Shown in pieces: positions 50,130 through 64,000 of a stretch of 64,000 nucleotides of DNA (the first letter of the stretch is position 1; every line of letters begins with the position of its first letter). The stretch comes from Pecten maximus (Eukaryota). A model generated the notes under the pieces. The model was not told where the DNA came from. It saw nothing but the letters and a program-made list of their open reading frames with translations, and did not search any database. The translations under genes and the position numbers were made by a program. The DNA lies in assembly GCF_902652985.1 (NCBI RefSeq), contig NC_047030.1, positions 9,796,001 to 9,860,000 of the forward strand, written 5' to 3'.

Positions 50130-53100
50130 GTACAACCCCCCCCCCCCCCCGAAAAACCCACCAAAAAACAATAAACAAACAAACAACAAATTCCCTTTTT
50201 GGGCGGGGAGTTTTTTATTTTTTTCCCCTTTTAGGGAAATTTTTGGTTCCCATTTACCCCCCCTTTCCCTCTTCCCCCTTTTCTTCCGCCTTTTTTTTGG
50301 GGTCCTTTTTGGGGTCCGGGGGTTTTGTTTTTTCTGCCCCGGGGTTTTTTCCCCTTTCCCGGGGGGGTCCCCCATAAGAAAAACCTCTAAAAGGGGGTTT
50401 AACGCCCCCCCAGTTTTGGGTTTTTTTTCCCCCAAAAACCCCAAAACCCCCCAAACAAAAACCAACCACAACGAAAAAAAAACGGAAAAAAAAAAAAACG
50501 AATTTTTGGAAACCAAAATGGGGAAACAATAAAGGGGATTGGCTTTTCCCCGAGCCCTTTGTCCCCCCCCCCCTAATAACAAAAAAGGGAAAAGAAAAAA
50601 ACAAAAACAAAAAACAAAAGAAAAAATAAAGCCCCAAAAAACCCCCAAAAAATAAATTTTTAAATTTTTGAGGACCCCGGGAGCAAAAAAAAAGCCCCCC
50701 AAGGGGGCCATACATAAAGGAACGGGGGTGAATTCCACCCCTTGCCCCCCTCCAAACCTTTTTGGCCCCCAATTCCGGGGAAGGAAACCATTCTAAAGGG
50801 AAAAAAACCACCCCGTTTTTAAAAAAACCCCGGGATTTTAAAACCCCTTGCAAGGAAAAACCCAAAAGGGAAAAATTTTCTTTTTCCGAACAAGAAATGG
50901 AATTTTTTTTAAATGAACGGATCCCCACCATAAAATTGAAAAATTTCCCTACCCCGGGCCCTTTAAAAAATTGGTTTTTATTCAGGTAGGAAATTTTTAT
51001 TAATTTAAACCAGTTTTCCCCAAAAAACCGCGGATATTCAGTTTTGGGGAAAAAACAAATTTTCCCGAAAAGGGAAAACCGTTCCCTCGGGTTTGTCTTT
51101 AAAGGGGGCCCCCCTCCAAAAGAATAAACCAAGCCCCAATACAACTTTTTAACCCCCCAAAACAAAAAAAAACCAAACTTAAAACCCAAAACCTGTTCCC
51201 CCCCAAAAACCAAAACCCGGGAAAAATGACCCGTTTTTCCCCCCCCCCGGGCCGGTTTGTGTGTATAAACAAAAGTTTAAACAGCCCCTTGAACCCCCCC
51301 CCTTTGATTTTTGTCCATTTATAAAAATTTTTAGTTAACTTGACCCCTTAACCAAAAAACAAACAAAACCAAAAAACCAAAAAACCCCCCAAGTTTTTTG
51401 GAAAAAAAGTCAAAAGAAAAAAAAAAATTTTTTACAAAAATAAACAAAAAAATGCCCAAAACCCCCCCAACCCCCAACCCCCCAAAACAAACCAAAAAAA
51501 CACCCCCCCCCCCATTTATGCAAATTAAAAAGCATCCTTTTCCAATTTGGTTCCCGAAAAATGTCCCCAAAAATATGCCCCTCGGGGATTTGTGCAGATG
51601 TTTTAAAATTACCGAAAAAGGGGAAAGGGAAAAGGGTTTTTAAAGAATTTGCCCAAAAAGTGAGAAAAAAACGTTTAAGACCAAAACCCGAGAACCCTTC
51701 TGCCCGGGAAAAATTTAAAAACCCCCCCCCTTTGACCCCCCCCCTTTCAAATTTGTTCAAAAAATGGGGATTAAAGAATAAAACCCCCCAGAAACCCCCT
51801 TTTCCTCAATTTTTAAAGGGGGGCTGAGATACTGTTTAAAAAACTACTTTCTTTAGACGACACCCAATTTCCCGGAGACAGGCAGTTGGGGTAAAGGTTT
51901 TTATTGGGTTCCCCAAAAACCTAACCCAAAGCCCCCAGAACGCCTCCACCCAAGTTAAAAGTCCAAAAAATACAAATAACTGTCCCACAGTGATGAAAAA
52001 AAAAAGGGACACCCTTTTTTTCCCAAAAGGGGATTTTTCCCGAGCCTTTACGGGTTTTTTGGGTTTTTATAAGTGATCGGGGCTAAATTTCTTTTTAAAC
52101 CCTTTGGGAAGGGGAAATGTCAAAAAAGGGTTTTCCCCGGGGAAAAAGGGGGCACATACAAGTCATACAAAAAAGCTAGTACCGTAAAACACAAAAGACA
52201 TCCCCCCAAATTTTTAAACCGATAAAAAAAAGGGTGGAGTAAAAACAACCTTTGAGGACCCAACCCCCACCCATGGTTTCAACTGGCCCAGCATACCAAA
52301 CAGTTCGGGGCCCAAAAGGGCCCCCACCCCCTTAAACCAAAAGGAGCCCCCTTCAGAACCCCCCAAAGCTGTTAAACCCACTGCTTTGAAGAGAGCTGAC
52401 CCCAAAAATTGAATGCGGGGAAAGGGCAGAAATCGAACAAAAAAGCCCCCCCAGGCAAAAAAAGGAATAAGGTTAAAGAAAAAGGGAAGCTCTTTTTTTC
52501 CCCAAGTTTAAAAAATTTAAAAGGGGAAACCTTTTGCCCCCTTTCAAAAGGAAACAAAAAGAAAAAAACCCGCGTGCTCCCTTTTAAAAAATAAAACAAA
52601 AAGTATTTATAAAAGTGAAATGTTCCCAATCCAGTGAAAACCAACCCCCCAACCCGTGGGAACCCCCACAAATTAAAACCCCCTAGGGGAAAAAGGTTTG
52701 GGAACCTCCGTCACGAAAGAATGCGGGAAACATCTTCTTCCCGGGCCCAAATCCCCGGGAAAGTTCCGGGACGGGGATAAACCTTCCTGGCATGGTATTA
52801 AATGAATAAACCTTTTTCCAACCCTTTAAACTTTTACCCCCCGTTTTATTGTATTGACCGCGTTGATTTGACGTGGTGGGGATGCACAGGAAAATCATTC
52901 GGCTAAAAAGGATTTTCCGGGAAAGGATTTTGGGTCACGTGTTTTACTTTCCAAACGGGCCGGGGAAAATGGTTGCAAAACTCGGAGTTATACTATAAAA
53001 TGAGTGGAAAGCCCTTTTTTAAAATCGGGTTGTTTTATGCTTGTAGGGCCCATGATGTCAAAAAAAAGTATAAAAAATTTTCAATATCCCTGGTTTGGGG

Positions 53101-55520
53101 AAGTTATCATACACCCGGCGGAAACTGAATATTTGAAAAAAAAACAATGAATTTCCCCCTCCCCCCCTTTTCCCACTAGGGCCCAGAAGTTCTTTTAATG
53201 GTAAATTTTGGCCCCGGTTCCAAAAAAACCCAGATTTTTTAAAGGCCTTTATAACATCAGAACCCTAAACCCCCCGAAGCCGGCCTTTGGCCCAGAGTAA
53301 AAGAAAACTACAACGGAAACGGCAAACCCCAAAAAACCCCTTTTTTTTCCCCCCACCCCCAAAAACCCCAAAAAACCCCAAAAATTTTTGGTCCCCCAAA
53401 TTTCATTAATAATTATTATTTTCCCAAACTTTTGTGGGTTATTTTTTTGTTAGGGATAGGGTGACGTTCCCGAGATTCGCGTGACACGGGGCCAATTTTA
53501 ATAATCCCCTAAAAATACTTTTCGCGTTTTTTGGGTTTGGGAAACCCCAAATTACCCCCCCCTTAACCCCCTTTTATTTTTTGGGGTTTTAAAAGTAAAA
53601 TAAAAAATGTTGGGTTTGGTGATTCCCAAGTTTTTGTTTAAATTCAGTTTTTTCCCCCCCTTTCAAATATATCCGTAAATTTCCCCATATTTTTCCTTTT
53701 TTTCCCCTTTTGCCCCAACCCTGACACCAAACGGAAACCCCAAAGGGAATTTTTCCGGGGAAAAAAAAAAGAAAGGTTACCCCCCCCCCTGGTTTTCCCC
53801 CCCCGGTCCCTTTTTTTCCAAAATTCCAAAAAGTTTTCCCCCTTTAAAACAAAAAACAACAAGGGAAAGCGATTAATTTCCCTTTGCCCCTTTTTTCCAT
53901 TCCTCCCCCTTCTTAAAAACCCCAAACACCTTTGAGACCCTTTTCCTTTTTTTCTTTTTTCCCCCCCCAAAACCCTGTCCCCCCCCCCAAAAAATTTGGC
54001 GGAACTTCTATGTTCCCCTTTCCCCCCATTCCCCTTTTTTCCCTTTTTTTTTTTTCCTGAAAGGCCCCCCCCCGGAAAACAGACCCAACAATTTTTCACA
54101 ATTGTTTAGGAAAAAGGTACCGAAAATCCCTGAATTTTTTAATGGCCAAAACCCCACCAATTGGGGATTACGGAAATTTTTTAAGATTGCCAACAAATTG
54201 TAAATGTAAAAAAAAGGGAAAACCCAAGGGGCCGTTCGCCATTTTTATGAAAAAAAGGGGGAAAAATTTAATTTTTTCAATCTAAAATTTTAAGCTTTTA
54301 TTAAGGTTCTGGTTTTTTGGGATTTTTTCAATTTTGTTTAAAGAAATTCAACTGATTATAAATGGAAAAGCCCGGGATTTATTTAACAAAAACTGTGAAA
54401 GGGGAAACTGCCTTAAATAAAAAAACCCAAGGGGGCCCTATATTTTTTAAAAATAAAAATTTGGTTTAATTTAATAATGCATAAGGGTTGGGGAATGGGG
54501 CCCAAAAGCAAAAATTAGAAAATGGGTGCCCCTTCCCCAAAGGGTTTTTCCCCTGGTTCAACATTAATTCCCCTTTAGGGGGGGCCCAGGGTATTTTTAA
54601 AGGGAAATTCTGTTTCCCCACCCGGCATCAACGGGGTAGGGAAGGGGGGCCCCGGGGAAAACCTTTATAAAAAATTTGGGGCCCCCTTTCCAAAGGTTCC
54701 CTTTTGGGTTAAAATTTCCTTCATAACTTTAGGCGGGTACGATTAAAAGGAAATTCCCTTTCCAATTTCCCCCTATTGGGCCCCCCCCTTGGGGGCCCCT
54801 TTGGGGGTTCAGCGCCCCCCCTTTTTTTATGCAAAATTGTTCCCCCCCCAAAAAAGGATGTTTTTCCCAAATTTTTCAAATTTTTTCCCAAAATTTTAGG
54901 AAAGTCGCGTTTTTTTAAAGGGGTTCCCAAATTTTTCCCCCCCTTTTTGGGGGCCCCCCCCGGGGCCCTTGGGGGGTCGGGCCACCTTTAGAAAAAAAGA
55001 TGCCCTTCCCAAGGATTTTTAAAAAAATTAAAAAATTAATTCAAAACTTAGAAATGGTGGCGATTAAAAAAAAGCCTTTTCCCCCTTTTGGGCCCCGCCC
55101 CCCCGGGCCCCCCTTGGGTCAAAGTCAATTTTATGCAAAATTTTCCTTCCCCAAAAGGATGAGATTTTTGGGGCCAAATAATTCTAACTTTAGAAATAGA
55201 CGATTTAAAAGGTTTTGATTCCCTTTTGGGGCCCCCCCCCCTCTGGCCCCTTTGGGGGTCCCGGTTTTAAAAGGGCAAAATTGTTCCCTTCCCCAAAAGG
55301 TTTCGGACCTTAAATGGGTTAAACTTAATAACTTTAGAATGGACAAAAGGGGAATTATTTAAATTTGGGCCCCACCCTCGGGGCCCCTTTGGGGGCCCCA
55401 GGGGTCCCTTTAAGGCCCCAATAATTCCTTTTAACAAGGATTTTAAAAAACCACCATTAGGCCCCCCCCTCCCCCCTTTTCCCCCCCAAACCAACCCCAA
55501 AAAAGGGTTAAAATCCATCC
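50130..55520. other. Low-quality, homopolymer-inflated sequence (probable unpolished read)
   Basis: Abrupt switch to runs of A, C, G and T; 54500-55520 is a garbled version of the clean repeat at 55520-55860. Confidence 0.85.
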
Positions 55521-56170
55521 ATAACTTTATTGCTAGAAGCGATTTAAAGAAATTACCTATATTTCCCCTATTGGGCCTCGCCCATCTGGCCTATGACAGG
55601 TCAGCGTCACCGTTTATGCAAAATCTGTTCCCCATCCCCAAAGGATGTTTCTTACAAAATTGGGTTCAAATCCATTCATAACTTTATGACTAGTAGCGAT
55701 TTAAAGGCATTACCTCTATTTCCCCTATTTGGCCCCACCCCTCCGGCCCCTTGGGGTCAGAGTCACCATTTATGCAAAATCTGATGCCCTTCTGCCAAGG
55801 ATGTATCTGATTAAATTTGGTCAAAATCCAATAAGAACTTTTTGACTAGTAGCGATTTGAAGCAAATGTTGACGGACGACGGACGAACGGCCAGGGTCAA
55901 CTAGTGGGGTGTAGTGTTTTGTCTATGAACTTGTGCGTTGTGCGGTGCATGACGCAATTCGATAAGAATTTCCGTTCATTATATCGCTAAAAACGCACAT
56001 GCGTAGTGAGATTTAATGTTGATTTATTGGTAAAAACAAAAATACTTTAAAAAATCCTATAGGCGACGAAGATATTTTGACGCATGAATCTGTGAATGCA
56101 CCCAACAAGGATGTTGAGTGAGTACGTCCGGACGTCAGGACGGACGACGGACGCCGCGCCATGACACAAA
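54500..56170. repeat. Interspersed repeat with ~157-bp internal tandem units and a (GGAC/GAC)n microsatellite tail, HINE/Helentron-like
   Basis: cataactttat recurs at about 55520 and 55677; gacggacgacggacg occurs at 55871 and 56139; a head-like motif aacaagaggcccatgggcc lies at 49216. Family assignment is from memory. Confidence 0.5.
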
Positions 56171-59100
56171 AGTTTTATAAATATCGGCAACCAGATGGAA
56201 CAGTGGAAGAAAGCGAAGAAGACCGCATCGGTCGAGTCGACCGAGGAATTGGAATTGCTTCGGCGGGATACTCATCTCCACAACCTGGAAGGTTCGTAAT
56301 GAAGTTATGTTCGAGACATACATGCTATCGTGCTGACAAATCACAGACATTAAAGCTAAATATAACCTCACCGAACCACAATAAATTAGTTTACAAGTAT
56401 ATCGTGTATTTGTCTGAACTTGGTACTAAATATATAGCCATTTCATTTACATGTATTCAATACGTTTTGTTACACGGCACAAGTGCCCTGTGGTGTTTAT
56501 ATTCATATGCGACAAAGTGCACGTTTTTGTGTGTTTTACTAGCTATACATTTACATAACAAAAGTAATCGAGCTATAATTGAGGTTTATCTGCACAAAAA
56601 AAAACCCATACACCTACATCAGTCGCCATGGTGTGATCTGTAAGTCACAAATATGAGTTTAAGCTTCTTTCATCTAAATCTTATACATTACTGTGCAACT
56701 GATATCGTTCGAACGAAGGAATGCTCCTACGTAATATCCGTAAGTTAAGAAAAGTTGATCATATCGGGACCTGAATAGTTAATGCATGATGAGATGGTAT
56801 TCTATTGTTTGATGTTAAGACTGTTGACTATTGATTCATTATGAGTTTTCGGCGAATGCTCTTGTTGTTATAACTTTATTGATGTTAAATACCAAATAGT
56901 TGTAAGTGATGTGTTTCCTTACCGATTGTCATTATACATACACCAAGCTGTGCAAAGGATAGTCAGTGTGTTTGTAGGTAGGCTTTCATAGAATGAAAAG
57001 TGCTGGAGTTTCGTGACATAGCAAATTGGTCTTACCAGAAATGGTTTTATCAGGATTTTATAATGGTTGTTCCGCCGAAGACTTTATTCGGAAATACATA
57101 CACAGGATTCATATATGTATATAATATAGTAAAAGCTGAAACAAAGAAATACATTCAATAAGTACGTATCATTGATAGATAACGCTATCAAAGTTACCCC
57201 TACGAATGTACACGTTGTTTTTAAGTAACCGATATAATGAGTTTTAAATCATAAACTTTCTATAATAAATCACTAAACGAACCTAATTAGTAAACGACTA
57301 GAATAGGAATGACAAGTAGAATTACTTACAAATCACTACAATCAACACAAACAGGGCATACGACTGTTATAAGTAACCGTACATCTAATATGTGACGGTA
57401 AGGTACACTGGGCCGAACTAACGAGCTGACGCTATTTTACGTAGTTTGTAATGAACTTCTAAGAACTTGACTCGTAAACAATTTAGTTTACGTCATAGAA
57501 CATATAAACATCACTAATAAAGGAAAACTTGCAAGAAATATGAAGAAACTTACACAATATGGGCCAGAAATGCCGAACTGTAAAACATGTGTATGTTGGT
57601 CTACTCCAACTTGGGCGGAAAGTGTGTTCAGGTAAGGGCGACAACTCTAACCTACATCGTCAAGACGTGGAGTCACTACACAATTAAACTGCCACTTACC
57701 ATGCAGACAGCACAATGGTTGTTAATATCAGCCTTATTACATTTTGACCAACTGGACCCATATAGGTAAGTCAGATGGTTTTAGGAATAAGATGTCCCTC
57801 CCATACGATATTGTTATAGATTTTCAGCAAGGGATGTTAAACTACTTCAAGGAAACATAAAAATTCCATTTGTTCAATCAAGGAACAGCCCCAGGCTCAA
57901 CCTCGAAATATCACATTTTCTTACAAACCTTCCAAGTCTACCTACATAAATGACGAATTATCTATCAAAGGGAGGCACTATATTAATTATGGAAATAGAA
58001 ATTTGAATGTCTTTGCCTTAAGATACATCCATAAGCGAAGAAGTAGTAGCACAGGCTATGAGACGAATACTGAGAGGAAAGCTGGAATGGTAGCAATACG
58101 GATGGAACATCGCTCATCTCGGAATGGATAAATCAACTGAAAAACAGTTATGGAGTTGGATATTGGACAATTCTATAACATTCAGAAGACTAAAAGCTGT
58201 GTTTCTACTTTTTAAATTTGAGGAAATGGAAGGAAGGATATGTCAACTCGCCCGCTTACCACCAACATATTCCAATTAATTCCGTACAAAACTTACCATT
58301 TCATTTCATCTTTTATTTATTGTCAATATCAAAGATATTTTCCTCTGTATATCGCTAAACTCCCTTTAATGTCAAGCCATAGTTGAACACGCTGCATTAG
58401 TTTAGTACATTAGTAAATTTGGCGCGAAATTGAATAAATTGTAACGTCGAACCTCGTTATCGTTGTAATGGATGCAGACGAAGAAAATTGCTGACACTGA
58501 GAGACCCTCGGGTGGTGAAATATTTTGTTAATATTCAAATTAGCAAATCAAATTGGATGTTTGATGTACTAAACACATTATGGCCTTGTTAAAAGGGAAC
58601 TATCCATCCCTCGACAATACCTTAAGGCAATTAGGGCCCTCTTAACAAGGCCATGATAGATAAATAACGAGGTTTAGCACTCTAAAATGTTGGGGATGGA
58701 GAAATACAGAAATGAAGTAGAAATATGATTAACAGTCACGTGATATATGTGAACCACGGTACAGCACAAGCGAGGACTAAAACGTCACTATTATTAGTGC
58801 AGTATGGCGTTTGTTGCAAAATTAACTTGCGGCCGCGCGCGGTGGCCGAGTGGCTTAGATGTCCTGACACTTCGCACTAAGGTTACACATCACTAAAATG
58901 TCAAACCCAAAAATAAATGTGTTTAATTGAAAAAAATTAAACAGAAATATATATTAAACGCCTAAATACAATATCCCATACATAAATATTAGTATAATAT
59001 ATGAAACCGCCTTCTTTAGATTAATATTTTTACGATAAAGTTATGTAATTCATTCAGGGATTGTTGCAGCCCTTCTTCAAAGTAGAATGATAAAATTAAC

Positions 59101-59521
59101 AGTCGACAAAGGAAGGTTGTAATTTATGGAACCTTATAAACCACAGAATGACAGATTATTTGTTTCGAGGAGAGATAAGCTGCGCAGTCAACAGATGCTG
59201 CTCTTGATTGTTACCTGGGTGGAAACCAATTGAGTTCTACACTGATCCAAAGCAGCAAAAGGCACGCACTTCTTGTCATAGCAACAGTGTCACGCACTTA
59301 AAACGAGAAGTAAATTTACAAATCTCTACAAAGCTTAATCCAAGCTTTTAAAGAACAGCTTTGTGTATTTGACATCTAAATCCTGCATCGACAACTCTTA
59401 AGACGATTAAGCGAACGAAGCGTTTTAGAAGACAACTAATGCGTGTTTACATTATATTTCGACTAGAAGACCAATTCGACGCCAAAAGCTTACAGAACGA
59501 GGGAAGAGTGTATGTGGCAGT

Positions 59522-62500
59522 ATGTTAATGGTTATATTCATGGTAGTTTTCGGGACCACACACGGAAAACAGTGTAAGTTCAGTCATTCGTTCATTGTGA
59601 TGATAACGGTGATATGTATCAGGTTTTCAAATAATGGTTTTAACCTATTTTTCACATAGAAAATCTAGATTTAAAATATAAATTATATGCAGAACATGTT
59701 CTGTGAATGGCGTTTCTCTCCCGACCATAAAGTCGAATACACCAACTAAACTTAAAAAAATCATTATGATACCCTGTTAATCCCAGAACAACTAATGAAC
59801 CTCCCAAGGCAAATATCAAATGACTTTTGGGATGTTTTGTTTTGTTTTGGTTTTGCGATGTTTGTTTTGAATTTGTTTTGGTTTTGTGATGTTTGTTTTG
59901 GTTTTGTGATGTTTTTGATTTTGTGATGTTTGTTTTGGTTTTGTGATGTTTTTGATTTTGTGATGTTTGTTTTGGTTTTCTGATGTTTGTTTTGGTTTTG
60001 TTTTGGCTTTGTGATGTTTGGTTTGGTTTTCTGATGCTTGTTTTGGTTTTGCGATGTTTGTTTTGAATTTGTTTTGGTTTTGTGATGTTTTTGATGTTGT
60101 GATGTTTGTTTTGGTTTTGTGATGTTTTTGATTTTGTGATGTTTGTTTTGGTTTTGTGATGTTTGTGTTGGTTTTGTGATGTTTGTTTTGGCTTTGTTTT
60201 GGCTTTGTGATGTTTGTTTTGGTTTTGTGATGTTTTTGATTTTGTGATGTTTGTTTTGGTTTTGTGATGTTTGTGTTGGTTTTGTGATGTTTGTTTTGGC
60301 TTTGTTTTGGCTTTGTGATGTTTGTTTTGGTTTTGTGATGTTTGTTTTGGTTTTGTTATGGCTTTGTAATGTTTGTTTTGGTTTTGTGATGTTTGTTTTG
60401 GTTTTGTGATGTTTGTATTGGTTTTGTTTTTGTTTTGTGATATTTTGTTCTTTGTGATGACTCCTTTTGTTTTGTGATGTTTATTTTGGTTTTGTGATGT
60501 TTGTTTTGGTTTTGTGATGTTTTTGATTTTGTGATGTTTGTTTTGGTTTTGTGATGTTTGTGTTGGTTTTGTGATGTTTGTTTTGGCTTTGTTTTGGCTT
60601 TGTGATGTTTGTTTTGGTTTTGTGATGTTTGTTTTGGTTTTGTGATGTTTGTTTTGGTTTTGTGATGTTTGTTTTGGTTTTGTGATGTTTGTTTTGGTTT
60701 TGTTTTGGCTTTGTGATGTTTGTTTTGGTTTTGTGATGTTTTTGATTTTGTGATGTTTGTTTTGGTTTTGTTATGGCTTTGTAATGTTTGTTTTGGTTTT
60801 GTTTTGGTTTTGTGATATTTTTTTCTTTGTGATGATTCCTTTTGTTTTTTATGTTTGCTTTGCTTTTTGATGTTTGTTTTGGCTTTGTGATGTTTGTTTT
60901 GGTTTTGTTTTGATTTTGTGATGTTTGTTTTGGTTTTGTGATGTTTGTTTTGGTTTTGTTATGGCTTTGTAATGTTTGTTTTGGTTTTGTGATGTTTGTT
61001 TTGGTTTTGTGATGTTTGTATTGGTTTTGTTTTTGTTTTGTGATATTTTGTTCTTTGTGATGACTCCTTTTGTTTTGTGATGTTTGTTTTGGTTTTGTGA
61101 TGTTTATTTTGATTTTGTGATGTTTGTATTGGTTTTGTTTTGGTTTTGTGATATTTTTTTTCTTTGTGATGATTCCTTTTGTTTTATTATTTTTTTTTTT
61201 TTTTTTATATGTTTGTTTTGGTTTTGTGATGTTTGGTTTGGTTTTGTATTGGCTTTGTGGCGTTTGTTTTGGTTTGGTATTGGTTTTGATTGGTTTTTTG
61301 ATGTTTGGTTTGGATTTGTGATGTTTGTTTTGGTTTTATGATGTTTCTTTGATTTTATGACGTTTGGTTTGGTTCTGTGATGATTATTTTGGTTTTGTTT
61401 TGGTTTTGATTTTACTTGTTGTTCACTTAATATCTATTATTCTAATAAAACAGAAAGTATTTTTTATCTTCAGTTGACGTCAACATGTTTGGAAGGGACT
61501 TTATCCTATCTTTCAACCGAAATTCTTACAGAAACGACACAACAAGGCTAAGGATAATGAACAATCTAAAGGACAAGGTCACGGTCACTGTTTATAGCGC
61601 TTCCGGGTTAGAGGTCAGTAAATCAGACGACAGGTCAGCTATAATTGAACATCACCTTCGGACAACATGTGAGCGGACGTTTACCGCTGGCGACTGTGTC
61701 GTGCGCATCAAAAGTATCGCGAATGTTCGGATGACAGTTCTCGATATTATGGACGGGGAAATATTTTATTTCGTTCTTCCGCTTGACAAAGCTGGAAATG
61801 AATACATCATGGCGACAAGTTTACTGCATGCTAACTACACTTGTGATCTTGTTACGATTTACCCAATGACAGAATTCTACTTCTCCGTGGCTCATTCAGC
61901 TCAAGTGTCATTTTCAAACAAAACAAGTGTTTGTAGCCATGACATGTGCCAGGTTCCAGTCCCGCGCGAAAACGCGATGTTTCAAATCCGTAGTTCAAAG
62001 GACATGACGGGAATGAAGGTTACAGGTAACAAGCCGTTCGTGGTGTTCTGTGGTGGGGCCATTTCCGCCGGAAGAACATTCATGAATCAACTTCCACCTA
62101 TAGGGATGTACGGAACATCATATCAAACATGGCCGACTCAGTTTTCCGGTTTTGTGAGTCTGATGTCACGATGTAATGATACACACGTGCGTGTGTATGG
62201 TGCAACAAATCAGACAATTGACCTTGACCTTGGGAGTCACACTGATGTGGCGGTGCTGGCACAAGATGTCCTTGTGATATCAAGTGATAAACCAATCATG
62301 GCGATCCAAAGTTGGATCATGCGCTATGCCACACATAGACTTACGTTAGTTCCCCTCGTCACAGCCAACCATACATGTGAGGACCACAAACACTCAACAC
62401 AGGTATTTTTAAAACTGCATGATTAGCTTCTAGTACGGTTTCTAATTTTAAAGGTACGCATTAGTTTTCTACTGAGAACATTGTATAGCTACTGTTGTTG

Positions 62501-63503
62501 AGACTTTGTCAGCAGTAAGGCTTCTAATTCTAGGTCATGTCTCTAGGGAGACTTACTGTTACAAGTCAATTTTAGTTTAAATATGTGTGTAGGTTAAAAA
62601 CATGTTTATTGTAAAACGATAAAATGATGTAAGATATTCCTTTATTTTTCTGCACATAAGTATTTTTTAGATTAGTTCTAGCTAAGGGATTTCTAAAACA
62701 ACGACTTTATCATATAAAAGTCATAAATGATGTGTCTTGTGGGAGCACAAATAACATGAAATTAACATGAACTATGTCCATTATAGCAGTGACGCAGTGT
62801 TAACTCATCGTACTGAGAGTAGATAACTTCTGTTGTAGCTGATTAACACCTTGCCCTTACCCCAGGCCTTCGCCATTTTTGATGATGGCGATATCTGTGT
62901 CAAGTACTGAGTCAAGGGGAAATCGAACAAAACAATGTTTTTTAAGAAATTTAATATAGTCCTTTTTTCTTACTCAGCGAAATGACAAATCGGAAAAGTT
63001 CTAACTGAAGCGTTTGTTTGATACACAGAAATACAACAGCCGTCTGAAATTGTTAACATTTATTTGTTAACCATTGTCTTTTTTTGTTACAGTCACCTTT
63101 ATGCCTATGTCCATGTCCAACAAAAGTGACCACCCCGACCCCTGCTGACCTTAATACTAAACTCCAGAAGCTACGAGAGTTATCTGTGAACAAATCTACC
63201 TTGTCATCGACACTCCGGAAGAAGAAAAGTGCGTACGACGGTCGCACTTCCGCTCAAGGTATCGGGATTGTCGGTGTCACTCTGCTCTGCGGCGTGGTAG
63301 TGTTCATAGTAACCCTTGACATGCCAAACCTTGTGGCACAGTTCCGAGTGGTCAGACAGAATCTCTTCGGAAGCACCCTCTGTCAGTACGACGGACAATG
63401 CGGCCCGAAACTGAAATGGAAACGTAGCAAATTAATTCATGTGCACAAATCCGAGTCCACCGCGACCATTGGGCCTGCCGATATAAACCAAGGAGAATGT
63501 TGA
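59522..63503 (+). CDS. Membrane-anchored protein with IgGFc-binding (FCGBP N-terminal-like) domain; exons 59522-59573, 61474-62402, 63093-63503; about 463 aa
   Basis: Signal-like exon MLMVIFMVVFGTTHG ending in gtaagt (phase 1); motifs FGRDFILSF, LP....GNEY, DMTGMKVTGNKPFVVFCG, QLPP...YG..Y, ISSDKPI; phase-0 join to the last exon with TM segment IGIVGVTLLCGVVVFIVTL. Extra small exons in 62403-63092 are not excluded. Confidence 0.78.
59830..61412. repeat. T/G-rich low-complexity ~20-bp minisatellite (ttttggttttgtgatgtttg), intronic
   Basis: Direct repeats visible. Confidence 0.93.
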
Positions 63504-64000
63504 TTAGGCCCAATGTACCCAGGCCAGTATAACCGTAATGCACATTTCAATGACTTCTAGCTTGAATTTAACATGTTTGTCTTCGGTATTTCGTATGCTT
63601 ATTAAATTGATGAAATCCTGCTAAAGATGTCATGTCTTTTTTTCAAAAGTTTGCCATTCGGTCTTGGTTTACATTGTTTAACGTCCGAGCAACAGGACGG
63701 CCTCCCCTTTATCGCATTACATGATCACTGACGCCTAATCTGCTTTTTTTCGTCAGAATTATACCATGGCGTAAAAAATGCATTGTTTATTTACCAAATG
63801 CCTGTTTCACAAGTCATTCTAGTTCTTGATTTGGTTCTGAAGAATCGGGATTTTCGTCCGTGTCTTTTATCTAGGGGGCATATTTAGGGGACATTGAAGA
63901 GACCAAAACAGATCTCCTGTCTCCATTGCAACACTTACAATGTAGGACTGTTACTTTGACACCCGCCCTCATATTGCGATGAGATTAAACCCCTAAAATA

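Noticed and set aside
50082-55518. K/P/F/G-rich ORFs up to 319 aa
   Set aside because: Products of homopolymer-inflated low-quality sequence.
58831-58875. tRNA-like start (gcgcggtggccgagtggcttaga)
   Set aside because: Only an A-box/D-arm-like piece with no T-arm or acceptor stem; at most a SINE head remnant.
61084-61341. Hydrophobic F/V/L-rich ORFs
   Set aside because: Translation of a T/G-rich intronic repeat.

Overview
Eukaryotic, AT-rich, intron-containing DNA. The gene and repeat content suggests a bivalve mollusc (inference). Main contents: (1) the first eight coding exons of a divergent Mind bomb (MIB2-like) E3 ligase on the minus strand (ATG at 16437, continuing past the left edge), with five unrelated minisatellites and a TTAA-flanked MITE in its introns; (2) a 2-kb 27-bp array whose minus strand reads as a His/Asp/Ser-rich repeat; (3) a probable NKY-type (RYamide) neuropeptide precursor with a 1-nt frameshift and an inverted pseudogene copy; (4) a 3'-truncated LINE with intact ORF1; (5) an apparently intact 5.8-kb ISL2EU/IS4EU-type (PIF/Harbinger-related) transposon with convergent spliced genes for a THAP-DDE transposase and a SWIM-YqaJ exonuclease, which have mirror-image upstream motifs; (6) a 9.2-kb non-autonomous CACTA-like element carrying satellite arrays, with a pogo/Tigger relic nested inside it and a MITE nested inside that; (7) a 28S rDNA fragment ending at the R2 target site; (8) about 5.4 kb of homopolymer-inflated low-quality sequence; (9) a 3-exon IgGFc-binding-domain membrane protein gene. 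All calls come from manual reading; no searches were run.
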